Shown here one piece after another: positions 1 through 8,582 of a DNA stretch of 64,000 bases. The notes beneath the pieces were generated by a model. That model searched no databases, had not been told where the DNA came from, and saw only the letters and a program-made list of their open reading frames with translations. The position numbers were made by a program, and so were the translations under genes. This DNA is from a candidate division FCPU426 bacterium (GTDB taxonomy: Bacteria; Oederibacteriota; Muellerivitia; Muellerivitales; Muellerivitaceae). The stretch's first letter is position 1. Each line of letters begins with the position of its first letter. The stretch spans positions 160,001-224,000 of the forward strand of contig CAWKAR010000027.1 in the NCBI GenBank assembly GCA_963847625.1. Reading direction: 5' to 3'.

Positions 1-1
1 G

Positions 2-616
2 GACGCATGGATGTACTACAGCATGATCCGGCGTTTCAAACCCAGCCGGATATTCGAAATCGGGACCGGTTTTTCCACTTTTCTAGCGGCCCAGGCGGTT
101 CTCCAAAACGGAAAAGAGGGGAAGAAGACCAAGCTGGAAGCCGTCGATCCTTTCCCGGGGCAAGCCCTGCGCACGGGATTCCCGGGGTTTCATCAGCTCA
201 TCCGGGGGGAAGTGCAAAAGGTTCCACTCGGATTATTTACAACCTTGGGTAAAAACGACATCTTATTCATCGATTCCAGTCATGTCCTGAAAATCGGCAG
301 CGACTTAAACTATTTACTGTTGGAAATACTCCCCCGGCTTTCCCGGGGCGTCCTGGTGCATTTCCACGATATTTTCCTTCCATTCGAATACCCGCGGAAA
401 CTGGTGACGAAGGATTTTAAGTTTTACAACGAGCAATATTTTTTGCACGCCTTCCTGGCATTCAATCCAGCCTTTGAGGTGCTTTGGGCCGGACAGTTCA
501 TGCTGAAAAAACATTTTAAAAAGATAGAAAATTTTTTTGAGCCATTCTGGCGGCCCGACGTCCGCCGCAAGGAGATTCCCTGGACCAGTGTGAGTTTTTG
601 GCTTCGGCGTCATTGA
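2..616 (+). CDS. Class I SAM-dependent methyltransferase (Methyltransf_24-like), probably 5'-truncated by window edge
   Basis: FEIGTGFST SAM-binding motif, LFIDSSH and HFHDIF motifs; frame is open to the window start. Confidence 0.8.
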   Translation, partial: DAWMYYSMIRRFKPSRIFEIGTGFSTFLAAQAVLQNGKEGKKTKLEAVDPFPGQALRTGFPGFHQLIRGEVQKVPLGLFTTLGKNDILFIDSSHVLKIGSDLNYLLLEILPRLSRGVLVHFHDIFLPFEYPRKLVTKDFKFYNEQYFLHAFLAFNPAFEVLWAGQFMLKKHFKKIENFFEPFWRPDVRRKEIPWTSVSFWLRRH

Positions 617-775
617 CTTTTAAGGAATTCCTGGCAGCGAGACCGGGTATTTCGTTCGAATTTTGGTTTTCACCCGATTTCAACTACTGCCTTGATCGAA
701 GCTCGTTGCATAATGAATGTCTTTAGATTAAAATTCCCGCCGTTGGGAAGATTTTTATTATAAGGAAGCCTCATT

Positions 776-2212
776 TTGACAAAAATCACCTTTGGGACAT
801 CCGGTTGGCGTGCGATTTTGGCCGAGGATTTCACCTTCGCCAACGTCAAGATCGCGGTGGCGGCAATCGCGCAGCATATACACCAAGAGGGCTCGGTTTC
901 CAAAGGCGTTGTCGTGGCGGGGGACTACCGTTTTCTCTCCGAGGAATTCATGGAGCTGACCGCCGGGGTCTTGGCGGGCCACGGCATCACCTCTTATATA
1001 TGTCCGGTCGGAACGCCTACCCCTACGGTTTCCTATGAGCTGATCCGCCGCAAAACGGCGGGGTCCATTAATTTCACCGCCAGCCACAACCCGGCCATCT
1101 ACCAGGGCCTAAAATTCAACGGGCCCGACGGCGGTCCGGCCGCCCCCGAGGTCACTAAAAAATTAGAAGCCCTGGCCGCTATTATCGCCGCCAAAGGGGG
1201 CCTGGTTCCCGAATTACCCTTTAAAAAGGCGGTGGAAAAGGGAATGGCTATCCCCATCGATCCGAAGCCGGCCTATTTCGCGCGGATCCGGGAACTGGTC
1301 AGGTTTGACGTCCTCAAAAAAGCCAAACTCAAAATCGTCTTGGACCTGATGCATGGAAACGGTCTGGGATACATCGACACCCTTCTTCAGGAAGCTGGAA
1401 TTAACCTGAAGGTTCTGCACAATACCCGGGACCCGTTCTTCGGGGGGCGCGGCCACCATCCAGAGCCGGGGCCGGAGGAATTGAAGGAAGCTATCCACCT
1501 AGTGAAAACCCTTCCCGCCCATCTGGGGCTCGCCAATGACGGGGACGCCGACCGTTTCGGGGTCATCGACGGGGACGGAACCTTTATCGTCCCTAATGTC
1601 GTACTTCCCATCCTCTTCGAGCATCTCCTGAACACCCGCGATTGGAAAGGATGCGTGGTCCGCACTCTGCCCACCACCCACCTGATTGACGCCATCGCCG
1701 AGGCACACTTGATTCCCTTGAGAGAAACCCCAGTGGGGTTCAAGCATATCGCAAAAGTCATGTCCGAGGAATCCATCATCATCGGGGGAGAGGAATCGGG
1801 AGGCCTTACGGTGCATGGACACGTGCCCGAAAAAGACGGCATCCTGGCCAACCTGCTGATGGCCGAGGTCGTGGCGCAAGAGGGAAAGAACCTCTCAGCT
1901 GTCCTCAGAAATCTTTTCCAGAAATACGGGCCCTTTTACACTGACCGCTTGAACCTAGATCTTGAGGAAGGAATGAAAGAAGCCATAACCCTTAAATTCA
2001 ATGACAACCCCCCCGCTGAAGTGATCGGAAAGCGCGTGGTAGAGGTAAACCGGAAGGATCCGGACGGCACCAAACTCATCCTGGAAGACGACGAATGGCT
2101 GATGGTACGATTTTCCGGGACCGAACCTCTCATGCGTTGTTACATGGAAGCCCATTCCCTTGCAAGCCTGGAAAATTTAAGAAAAGCCGTAAAAGAAATC
2201 ACTCATAGTTAG
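776..2212 (+). CDS. Phosphoglucomutase/phosphomannomutase family protein
   Basis: FGTSGWR, catalytic TASHNP, metal-binding DGDADR, GGEESG, RFSGTEP. Confidence 0.95.
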   Translation: MTKITFGTSGWRAILAEDFTFANVKIAVAAIAQHIHQEGSVSKGVVVAGDYRFLSEEFMELTAGVLAGHGITSYICPVGTPTPTVSYELIRRKTAGSINFTASHNPAIYQGLKFNGPDGGPAAPEVTKKLEALAAIIAAKGGLVPELPFKKAVEKGMAIPIDPKPAYFARIRELVRFDVLKKAKLKIVLDLMHGNGLGYIDTLLQEAGINLKVLHNTRDPFFGGRGHHPEPGPEELKEAIHLVKTLPAHLGLANDGDADRFGVIDGDGTFIVPNVVLPILFEHLLNTRDWKGCVVRTLPTTHLIDAIAEAHLIPLRETPVGFKHIAKVMSEESIIIGGEESGGLTVHGHVPEKDGILANLLMAEVVAQEGKNLSAVLRNLFQKYGPFYTDRLNLDLEEGMKEAITLKFNDNPPAEVIGKRVVEVNRKDPDGTKLILEDDEWLMVRFSGTEPLMRCYMEAHSLASLENLRKAVKEITHS

Positions 2213-2332
2213 TTCGAAAAATCACGAAAAGACCGGTCCTTCCACTGGATTTTCATCATGCTTTTCCAGCACCTTTTGCTATAAACTAATGAAGTGTTTA
2301 CCTATGAACCGTTTTAAAAAAGGCTCCTGACA

Positions 2333-3373
2333 ATGGATTCAGAATCAGTCCTTCAGGTAATAAAATCCCGAATTTTAAAAGTCTTGGTTCCCTTGGCCCT
2401 ATGGCTCATATTGGGAATTGGGGCTGGAGTGGCTGCGGCTCTTTACATCCAGGATTCTGTGATCGTGGAATATATCGGGGTGGGGACCGCCTTTCTTCTT
2501 ATTTTATGGTGGGTTTTCATCTCCTGGTGGATCAAGTCCGAATGGCTCCTGGATATCCAAAATTACATGCTGGAGAATCAAATTCTTCCCTTTAACTTCG
2601 TCAAGTTCAAGCGATGCCTGCCTTGGACCGCGGGGATGCAAAAGGAAAAGCTGATCCGATCCGTTGCGGGGGAATATTACAACCTGAGGGAAAAAGCCGC
2701 CCGGACCCAGCAAACGCTCGAAAAATACGTCGGAACCAACATCACGGCGAAAGCCGCGGATAAGGCCAATCGTTCGGAACTGGGTGGAGAGCTCCAAAGG
2801 GTTTATGTCCTTTTTTCCGACTTGAGGGGTTTCACACACATGGCCGAGCAGTTAAAGCCCGAGGAAACAGTCGATATCCTGAACAAAATCTTCTCGGCCA
2901 TGGAAGAGGTCATCACCCAGAACGGGGGGAATATCAACAAGTTCATCGGCGACGCCATCTTCGCCTACTTCCGCAGGCCCTACAGCAACGAGGGGGAAGC
3001 GACCAAGCCGGTGTTGCGGGCTGCCTTGCGGATGCAGGACCGGTTTGAAATCCTGAACAAGGGCTTCAAGGCTGCCTACAGCGATCAAATGGAAATCGGC
3101 ATGGGTATCGGAGTGGCGGCGGGCACGGCCATCGTGGGAAACCTGGGTTCGGCCAACCGCATGGAATTCACCCTCATCGGCGACACGATCAACCTGGCAT
3201 CGCGCCTTTGCGGCATCGCCAAAAGCGGCCAGATTCTAGTGAACGAAGAAATGGCCGAAGTGTCCCAGGATTATTTCGAGTTGACGGCATTGCCTGCGGT
3301 CCAAATTAAGGGAAAGTCCGGGATACACACTCCTTACCAAGTGTTGGGGGAGCGTTTAACAATGAGCCGGTGA
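2333..3373 (+). CDS. Membrane-anchored class III adenylate/guanylate cyclase
   Basis: Two N-terminal TM helices; FSDLRGFT, NKFIGDAI, EFTLIGDTINLASRL, IKGK motifs. Confidence 0.9.
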   Translation: MDSESVLQVIKSRILKVLVPLALWLILGIGAGVAAALYIQDSVIVEYIGVGTAFLLILWWVFISWWIKSEWLLDIQNYMLENQILPFNFVKFKRCLPWTAGMQKEKLIRSVAGEYYNLREKAARTQQTLEKYVGTNITAKAADKANRSELGGELQRVYVLFSDLRGFTHMAEQLKPEETVDILNKIFSAMEEVITQNGGNINKFIGDAIFAYFRRPYSNEGEATKPVLRAALRMQDRFEILNKGFKAAYSDQMEIGMGIGVAAGTAIVGNLGSANRMEFTLIGDTINLASRLCGIAKSGQILVNEEMAEVSQDYFELTALPAVQIKGKSGIHTPYQVLGERLTMSR

Positions 3374-3430
3374 TGACCAGACGAACGTAAGGTTTTCTCC
3401 GATTCAGTCTTGAGGAAATGGCCTAACAAA

Positions 3431-4669
3431 ATGAAAAAAACAAAAAAATCACGCCCGGCCCCCGCCCCGCCGGCAACCGCGGCTTACCAGCATTTTGGGA
3501 TGAAAACCGACCCTTTCACGACTCTCTCCCTCCAAGCGCATAACTTGGATTATTTCGTGGGCCGCAAGGAACTCATCGACCGTTTGTCCTCCAACATGCT
3601 CTCTCTTTCGAATGTGGGTGTCGCGGGGGAACCCGGGGTGGGCAAAAGCAGCCTCATGCAATTGCTCCGCAGCCGCCTTCCAAAGGACTTTTTCTCAGTG
3701 GTGATCGGCGTCCCCCTGGATGACGCCTCCTATTTCCTTTCCGAACTTCTGAGGGAAGTTCTCGTAGCGATTCCGAAGGTGCCGGGATTGAAATTGGGCG
3801 AAGTGGCGAGAAGAGTCGAGAAGGAGACCCTCAGTAAGAACACGATCTTTTCCATCCTCAAGACCCTGATCGCTCACTTGAAAAAACCGCTGGTCGTCTT
3901 CGTGGACGACCTTGAAAAAACGAAAGGGGACCGGGTCCGGCATTTCACCCGTTCGGAAAGGACCCTCCAGCTGTTGGAGGAGCTAAAGCCCATCCTGGAA
4001 CTGCCCAAGGTGGGGTTTGTTGTTATTCTACAAGAGGAGTTTTATTCGATGGTCGGCCAAATCGTAAAGGAGGGCGCCGAACCCACCGTCCTGGGCCTTT
4101 TCAAAAACATCGTGTTCGTGGAAAGATTCACACGCGCCGAACTCCAGGAGGCGCTGGCGATCCGACTCAGGCAGGCTGGCTTTGGAGGCTCCCAGGAGGA
4201 ATTCCTGGAACCGGAAGCCTTGTCCATGGCCCTTTCCTTTTCCTACGGCAACCCCCGCCGCTTCCTTTTCCTCATTTCCGAGGGAATGTACCGATCGTTC
4301 CGGAGACGTTCCCGCCGGGTGGAATTCCAGGATCTGTTCGACGCGGTCAACGAGCACCTCAAGCTGGATTTGATCTGCAAAAAGCTGCTTTTTTTCCTCG
4401 CCAAGTCGGGACGGGCGGCGGCCACCAATGCCGACTTACAGAGTTTCATGGGCCGCGACATGATTACCATCGCCCGCCGGCTGGAGACCCTCGCTAAAAA
4501 CAGGCTGGCCGAGCTGGTGGACGTCGTGAATGGGACCAAGGTTTACGCTCTGCCGGGAACCCAGATCATCGCCCCAAAGGCCGTGGCGGTAAACAGAGAC
4601 CCCACCCTGCAAACGGAACCGGGGGAGAAAGTCTACTTTTTGGACGGGGACAACGCTTTAAAGGAGTAA
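3431..4669 (+). CDS. P-loop AAA+/STAND-like ATPase with probable C-terminal winged HTH
   Basis: FVGR, Walker A GEPGVGKS, Walker B VFVDDLE, GNPR motif, C-terminal ITIARRLETL helix; ATG 3431 chosen over TTG 3410. Confidence 0.75.
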   Translation: MKKTKKSRPAPAPPATAAYQHFGMKTDPFTTLSLQAHNLDYFVGRKELIDRLSSNMLSLSNVGVAGEPGVGKSSLMQLLRSRLPKDFFSVVIGVPLDDASYFLSELLREVLVAIPKVPGLKLGEVARRVEKETLSKNTIFSILKTLIAHLKKPLVVFVDDLEKTKGDRVRHFTRSERTLQLLEELKPILELPKVGFVVILQEEFYSMVGQIVKEGAEPTVLGLFKNIVFVERFTRAELQEALAIRLRQAGFGGSQEEFLEPEALSMALSFSYGNPRRFLFLISEGMYRSFRRRSRRVEFQDLFDAVNEHLKLDLICKKLLFFLAKSGRAAATNADLQSFMGRDMITIARRLETLAKNRLAELVDVVNGTKVYALPGTQIIAPKAVAVNRDPTLQTEPGEKVYFLDGDNALKE

Positions 4670-4672
4670 AAG

Positions 4673-4987
4673 GTGAAAGTCTTCGTGGTTTTGATCACGA
4701 CCCCCGGCCGGAAGGCGAGCGAGAAACTTTCCAAAGGATTGGTTCGCAATAAACTGGCCGCCTGCGTCAGCCGCGTGCCGGGACTGACCAGCCGCTATTG
4801 GTGGAAGGGCAAGGTGAATACCGCCCGGGAAGAACTTCTGCTGGTTAAGACCGCCTCCTCCCGATTGAAGCCCCTCCTGCGTTGGGTGCGGGAAAATCAT
4901 CCCTATACCATCAGCGAAATACTAGCATTGCCCGTGGCCGTGGGAAACCCTCCCTATCTGAAGTGGATCGAAAAGAGTTTAAAATAA
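4673..4987 (+). CDS. cutA: Divalent-cation tolerance protein CutA
   Basis: LAACV, SRYWWKG, HPY..EI, YLKW motifs; 104 aa. Confidence 0.92.
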   Translation: MKVFVVLITTPGRKASEKLSKGLVRNKLAACVSRVPGLTSRYWWKGKVNTAREELLLVKTASSRLKPLLRWVRENHPYTISEILALPVAVGNPPYLKWIEKSLK

Positions 4988-5015
4988 CTTATTTTAATTA
5001 ATAAAAGGGACTTTC

Positions 5016-6380
5016 ATGTCGTCGGTTGAAACCAATTCCCAAGCTTTTAAAACCCTCATCCGCACGAGAACCTTGTGCCTGATTGTGATGATGTTTTTGC
5101 TTTATCTCGTCGAGGGGAAAAGGGATTCCGCGGTCATCGTGACGGGATGGGATATTCTTTTCGTCGCAACGGTCCTGAGTTTGGTGTTCGGAGTTTTGGG
5201 AAGGATCAAGCGCATCACAGGCGTTCTTTTGCCGATGGGTTATGTTTTTGACAGCCTTTTGACGGGTTTTTGGGTTTCCATTTCCGGAGGGCCGGTTAGT
5301 TTTTATATCCCGTTTTTTCTCCTCATTCTCGTGAGCGCCATCATGGTTTTGCCGCCACGCAAGGCGTTATTCGTCATCGTGACGGTTTTGGTGGCTTTGA
5401 TCTCGGCTTTTTACCTCGATTACATGTGGCACATTTCCCAATCTTTCGACGCTGGGGAAATCAACCATTACTCCTCCATCATCGAAAAGGAACTGCCTGC
5501 CCAGCGTCTTGTTGTCTACAAGCAACAGGCGGAACGGTGGCTTTTTATTTTCCTCATGATGACCGTTCTGAGCATGTTATTAATGCGCCAAGTTTGGGAA
5601 AGGGAGGAAAAAATAAGGTTCAAGGAAAAGACCTTGGAACAAAAACGGCACTTGATCCAAATGGGGGAATTGACCGGCAGAATCGCACACGGCGTCAACA
5701 CGCCACTTGGCCTCATTTCCGGAAGCTTGGAACTTTTACTGACTGAAACCCGGAAGGACAATAAGATCCGGAAGCAACTGGAAAAAATCGACCAATATGT
5801 CCAGCGGGCCATCGGCACGGTGCGGGATGTCCTGGATTTCAGCCGCCAAAGCCTATCCGAGGTCAGGCCGGTCTCCTTTTCAAGAATTCTCCGGGCGGCG
5901 GTGGCGGCGGTCCAACCAAGGCTGAAAAAATCCGGGGGAAGATTGATCCTGGACGCGGATGACGACTTACCCCAAATCCTGGGCTATCCCGAGGGAATCT
6001 TCCAAGTGGTTCTCAATTTGCTGGAAAATGCCGTCGATTCCATTCCTCCCGGAGGACTTATCACGCTCTCCGCCCATTTTCAATACCGCCAAGTGCGGTT
6101 GAGCGAGCAGGATCGGCGCGGTGAAATCAAAATCGTAGTGTGCGACACCGGCAAGGGCATTCCCTCCGGCGAACTGAAGCGGATTTTCGAGCCCTTTTAT
6201 TCCACGAAAGAATTCGGCAAAGGCACGGGCCTTGGGCTGGCCATTGTCAAACGCGTTGTCGAGGATCATGGCGGGGTAATAAAGGTGGAAAGCCGCTTGG
6301 GCGAGGGAACGACATTTATCCTTCTTTTTCCAACTGAATGGATAAAAAGCGAAATGGCCGAGGAATTAGGAAAAGAGTAA
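5016..6380 (+). CDS. Membrane sensor histidine kinase (PilS/NtrB-like)
   Basis: About 6 TM helices; H-box IAHGVNTPL, N-box NLLENA, DTGKGI, FEPFYSTK, GTGLGL. Confidence 0.9.
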   Translation: MSSVETNSQAFKTLIRTRTLCLIVMMFLLYLVEGKRDSAVIVTGWDILFVATVLSLVFGVLGRIKRITGVLLPMGYVFDSLLTGFWVSISGGPVSFYIPFFLLILVSAIMVLPPRKALFVIVTVLVALISAFYLDYMWHISQSFDAGEINHYSSIIEKELPAQRLVVYKQQAERWLFIFLMMTVLSMLLMRQVWEREEKIRFKEKTLEQKRHLIQMGELTGRIAHGVNTPLGLISGSLELLLTETRKDNKIRKQLEKIDQYVQRAIGTVRDVLDFSRQSLSEVRPVSFSRILRAAVAAVQPRLKKSGGRLILDADDDLPQILGYPEGIFQVVLNLLENAVDSIPPGGLITLSAHFQYRQVRLSEQDRRGEIKIVVCDTGKGIPSGELKRIFEPFYSTKEFGKGTGLGLAIVKRVVEDHGGVIKVESRLGEGTTFILLFPTEWIKSEMAEELGKE

Positions 6381-6501
6381 ACATTCAAACCCATGTCAAA
6401 AGGCGGAGATCAGTAATATCTGGGTAGTAACAAATGAAAGGTAACGTGAATTTGGAATATAATTGTAATAATGTCAGTTTGCTCTAAAAGGACAACCCAA
6501 C

Positions 6502-6984
6502 ATGACCTCAGTAAAAAGGAAAATAAAAAAGGAAACGAAAAAACCCGTGCCTAAAACTCCTATTCGAGCCCATCTTTTAGTTGTGGATGATGAAGAAGAT
6601 TTTGCCAGGTTGATTCAAAAAAGCCTGATTCAATCCGACTACCGCGTGGATATCGCCACCAGCGCCACCCAGGCCATCGCCCTCCAACGCAAGCATTCTT
6701 ATGACCTGGCTTTAGTGGATCTGCGAATGCCCGAGATGACGGGGTTGGAACTTCTCCAATACCTGAAAGTCAGGGACAAGAAAATATTCGTCATTATCAT
6801 GACCGCCTACGGCTCCTTTTCCGTCGGTTTCGAGGCCCTGAAAAAAGGCGCCTGCGAGTACCTCTCCAAACCCTTCAAACTCAAAGCCATGAAAGACAAA
6901 GTTAAAGAAGCGCTTGAACGGCGCACCCATTTCCTGGAGGAGCAGAGGGTTTTTCCCCATCGATTTACGGTGGACGAGTGGTAG
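6502..6984 (+). CDS. Single-domain response regulator (receiver only)
   Basis: LVVDDE, DLRMP, MTAY, KPF receiver motifs; no output domain. Confidence 0.9.
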   Translation: MTSVKRKIKKETKKPVPKTPIRAHLLVVDDEEDFARLIQKSLIQSDYRVDIATSATQAIALQRKHSYDLALVDLRMPEMTGLELLQYLKVRDKKIFVIIMTAYGSFSVGFEALKKGACEYLSKPFKLKAMKDKVKEALERRTHFLEEQRVFPHRFTVDEW

Positions 6985-7142
6985 TGTTTTGAAGTGATCA
7001 TGAAATAGGGATTTGTTGAGGGCCGTTTTGAGGGAAGTTTTTCGAAGCCGGCCGCGATTCCGGCTTGAAATTATTTTTTGGTCAGCTTTGCCCTCGAATT
7101 TAGGAAAATAGTTTAATCGAGTTTTGGAAGGGTTCGCTATCA

Positions 7143-7799
7143 ATGTCCAATGATTTTAAAGTTGGGAATGAAATGGATAACCAAGCTGTAAAAGCAAAGA
7201 CCTTCCAAGGTTTCCGCAAAATCTATCATGTCCTGGCTTCCTCGCTTTTTCCATTAGCGTATCTTTATTTGCCTTTTCACATGACTTCCACCACGGCGCG
7301 AAAAACATTGTTGATTTTTACGTGTCTTTTTTTCTTGATTTCCTTCCTCCTGGATTTTTTCAGACTGCAAGACAGGGCGTTTAACTCCAAGTTCATGCGT
7401 TTTTTTTCAATCCTGATCCGCAGTTCGGAAGAAAACAGGTTCAATGGTTCTACATATCTTCTCCTGGCCTTTTTTCTCGTCATTTTGTTCTCATCCCGCA
7501 AGGTTGCCGTGACCGCGATGCTTTTCCTTTCACTCGGGGATGCCGCGGCGGAATTGGGGGGAAAGCATTTCGGGAGGATGAGGATTTTCCGGAAATCCTG
7601 GGAAGGTGCTTTTTTCTTTTTTAGCGTGGCTTTTTTAACTGCTTTCGCCATTTTTGAGGATTGGAGAGTCGCTCTGCTGGGGGCGATTACCAGCGCATTT
7701 TTAGAACTATTTTCCTTTGAAATTGATGACAACTTGACTGTGCCGATCGGTTCAGCTTTGGTTCTTTCCCTGGCACTTCTCTTTTTTCATTCAGTCTAA
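7143..7799 (+). CDS. Polyprenol/phytol/diacylglycerol kinase family (CTP-dependent) membrane protein
   Basis: RKIYH, GDAAAELGG, KSWEG, DDNLTVP motifs. Confidence 0.85.
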   Translation: MSNDFKVGNEMDNQAVKAKTFQGFRKIYHVLASSLFPLAYLYLPFHMTSTTARKTLLIFTCLFFLISFLLDFFRLQDRAFNSKFMRFFSILIRSSEENRFNGSTYLLLAFFLVILFSSRKVAVTAMLFLSLGDAAAELGGKHFGRMRIFRKSWEGAFFFFSVAFLTAFAIFEDWRVALLGAITSAFLELFSFEIDDNLTVPIGSALVLSLALLFFHSV

Positions 7800-8093
7800 A
7801 TCCTGGTCTTTTCCCTCGATTTTTCATGGAATAACCAATGCTTTTTTAATTTTTAACGTTAAATATTGAACATTTTAGCCAAATAATTGCCATTGATTGA
7901 GAAGCCCTGATCTTGGCGCTTCTACAAAAAACAGCATGTTAATGCGCATTTGCAATGTTTTGTAACAGGAATAAAGCATATTGAAGTTTAAAATTCTCAT
8001 TTTTTATGAAATAAAACCACTCCAAGCCCGTCTAGAGGATAGAAGTTAAATTAGGAGGCGGCTAAAAACCATAAAAGAGGGGCTTTTTAAAAG

Positions 8094-8109
8094 TGGCATG
8101 GTTGATGCT
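8094..8109 (+). promoter_or_regulatory. Putative sigma54 (-24/-12) promoter
   Basis: TGGCATGGTTGATGCT: GG at 8095-96 and GC at 8107-08 with exact N10 spacing; long AT-rich upstream region. Confidence 0.6.
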
Positions 8110-8216
8110 GTTATTATTAAAGAAGTAAGGTTGCCCGCTTGCAAGCGATCTAGCGGAAATTGAAGTTGAATCAGTGATCGCACGACGCCTACGGACGCCA
8201 GAAAGCAGGTGGAGTC

Positions 8217-8375
8217 ATGGATCAGAATTGCGAGAAAATTAAAAAGATGCTGGATCTTTACCGCGAGGGGAAATTGACGGAATCAGAAAAGGCTGATGTG
8301 GAATATCACCTGTTATATTGCCCGGAGTGTATATTCCTTTTGACCCTGGTACCGTCGTTATGCCTGGACCGTTAA
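8217..8375 (+). CDS. Small zf-HC2 (ZAS-type HxxxCxxC) zinc-finger protein, 52 aa
   Basis: MDQNCEKIKKMLDLYREGKLTESEKADVEYHLLYCPECIFLLTLVPSLCLDR; AGGTGGAG RBS upstream; below the ORF-track cutoff. Confidence 0.8.
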   Translation: MDQNCEKIKKMLDLYREGKLTESEKADVEYHLLYCPECIFLLTLVPSLCLDR

Positions 8376-8404
8376 ACAACCAGTAAAATAATTGAATGAT
8401 CAAT

Positions 8405-8433
8405 GCCTGCCCTGCCCGGCGGGCTTTTTTTTG
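8405..8433 (+). terminator. Rho-independent terminator
   Basis: GCCTGCC/GGCGGGC stem followed by a T-run. Confidence 0.7.
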
Positions 8434-8582
8434 CCATGAATCCTTCCTTGACAAGCACCATCTCCAATAGGCAAGATGCAATTTAAATCATTTGGTTTTA
8501 CCGGGTTTTCGGCGCCAAAAAGCGCGGAAAACCCTTTTTGTGTTTGGGGTTATCCATTCCTTTTAAAGTGAAATAAAGAACA

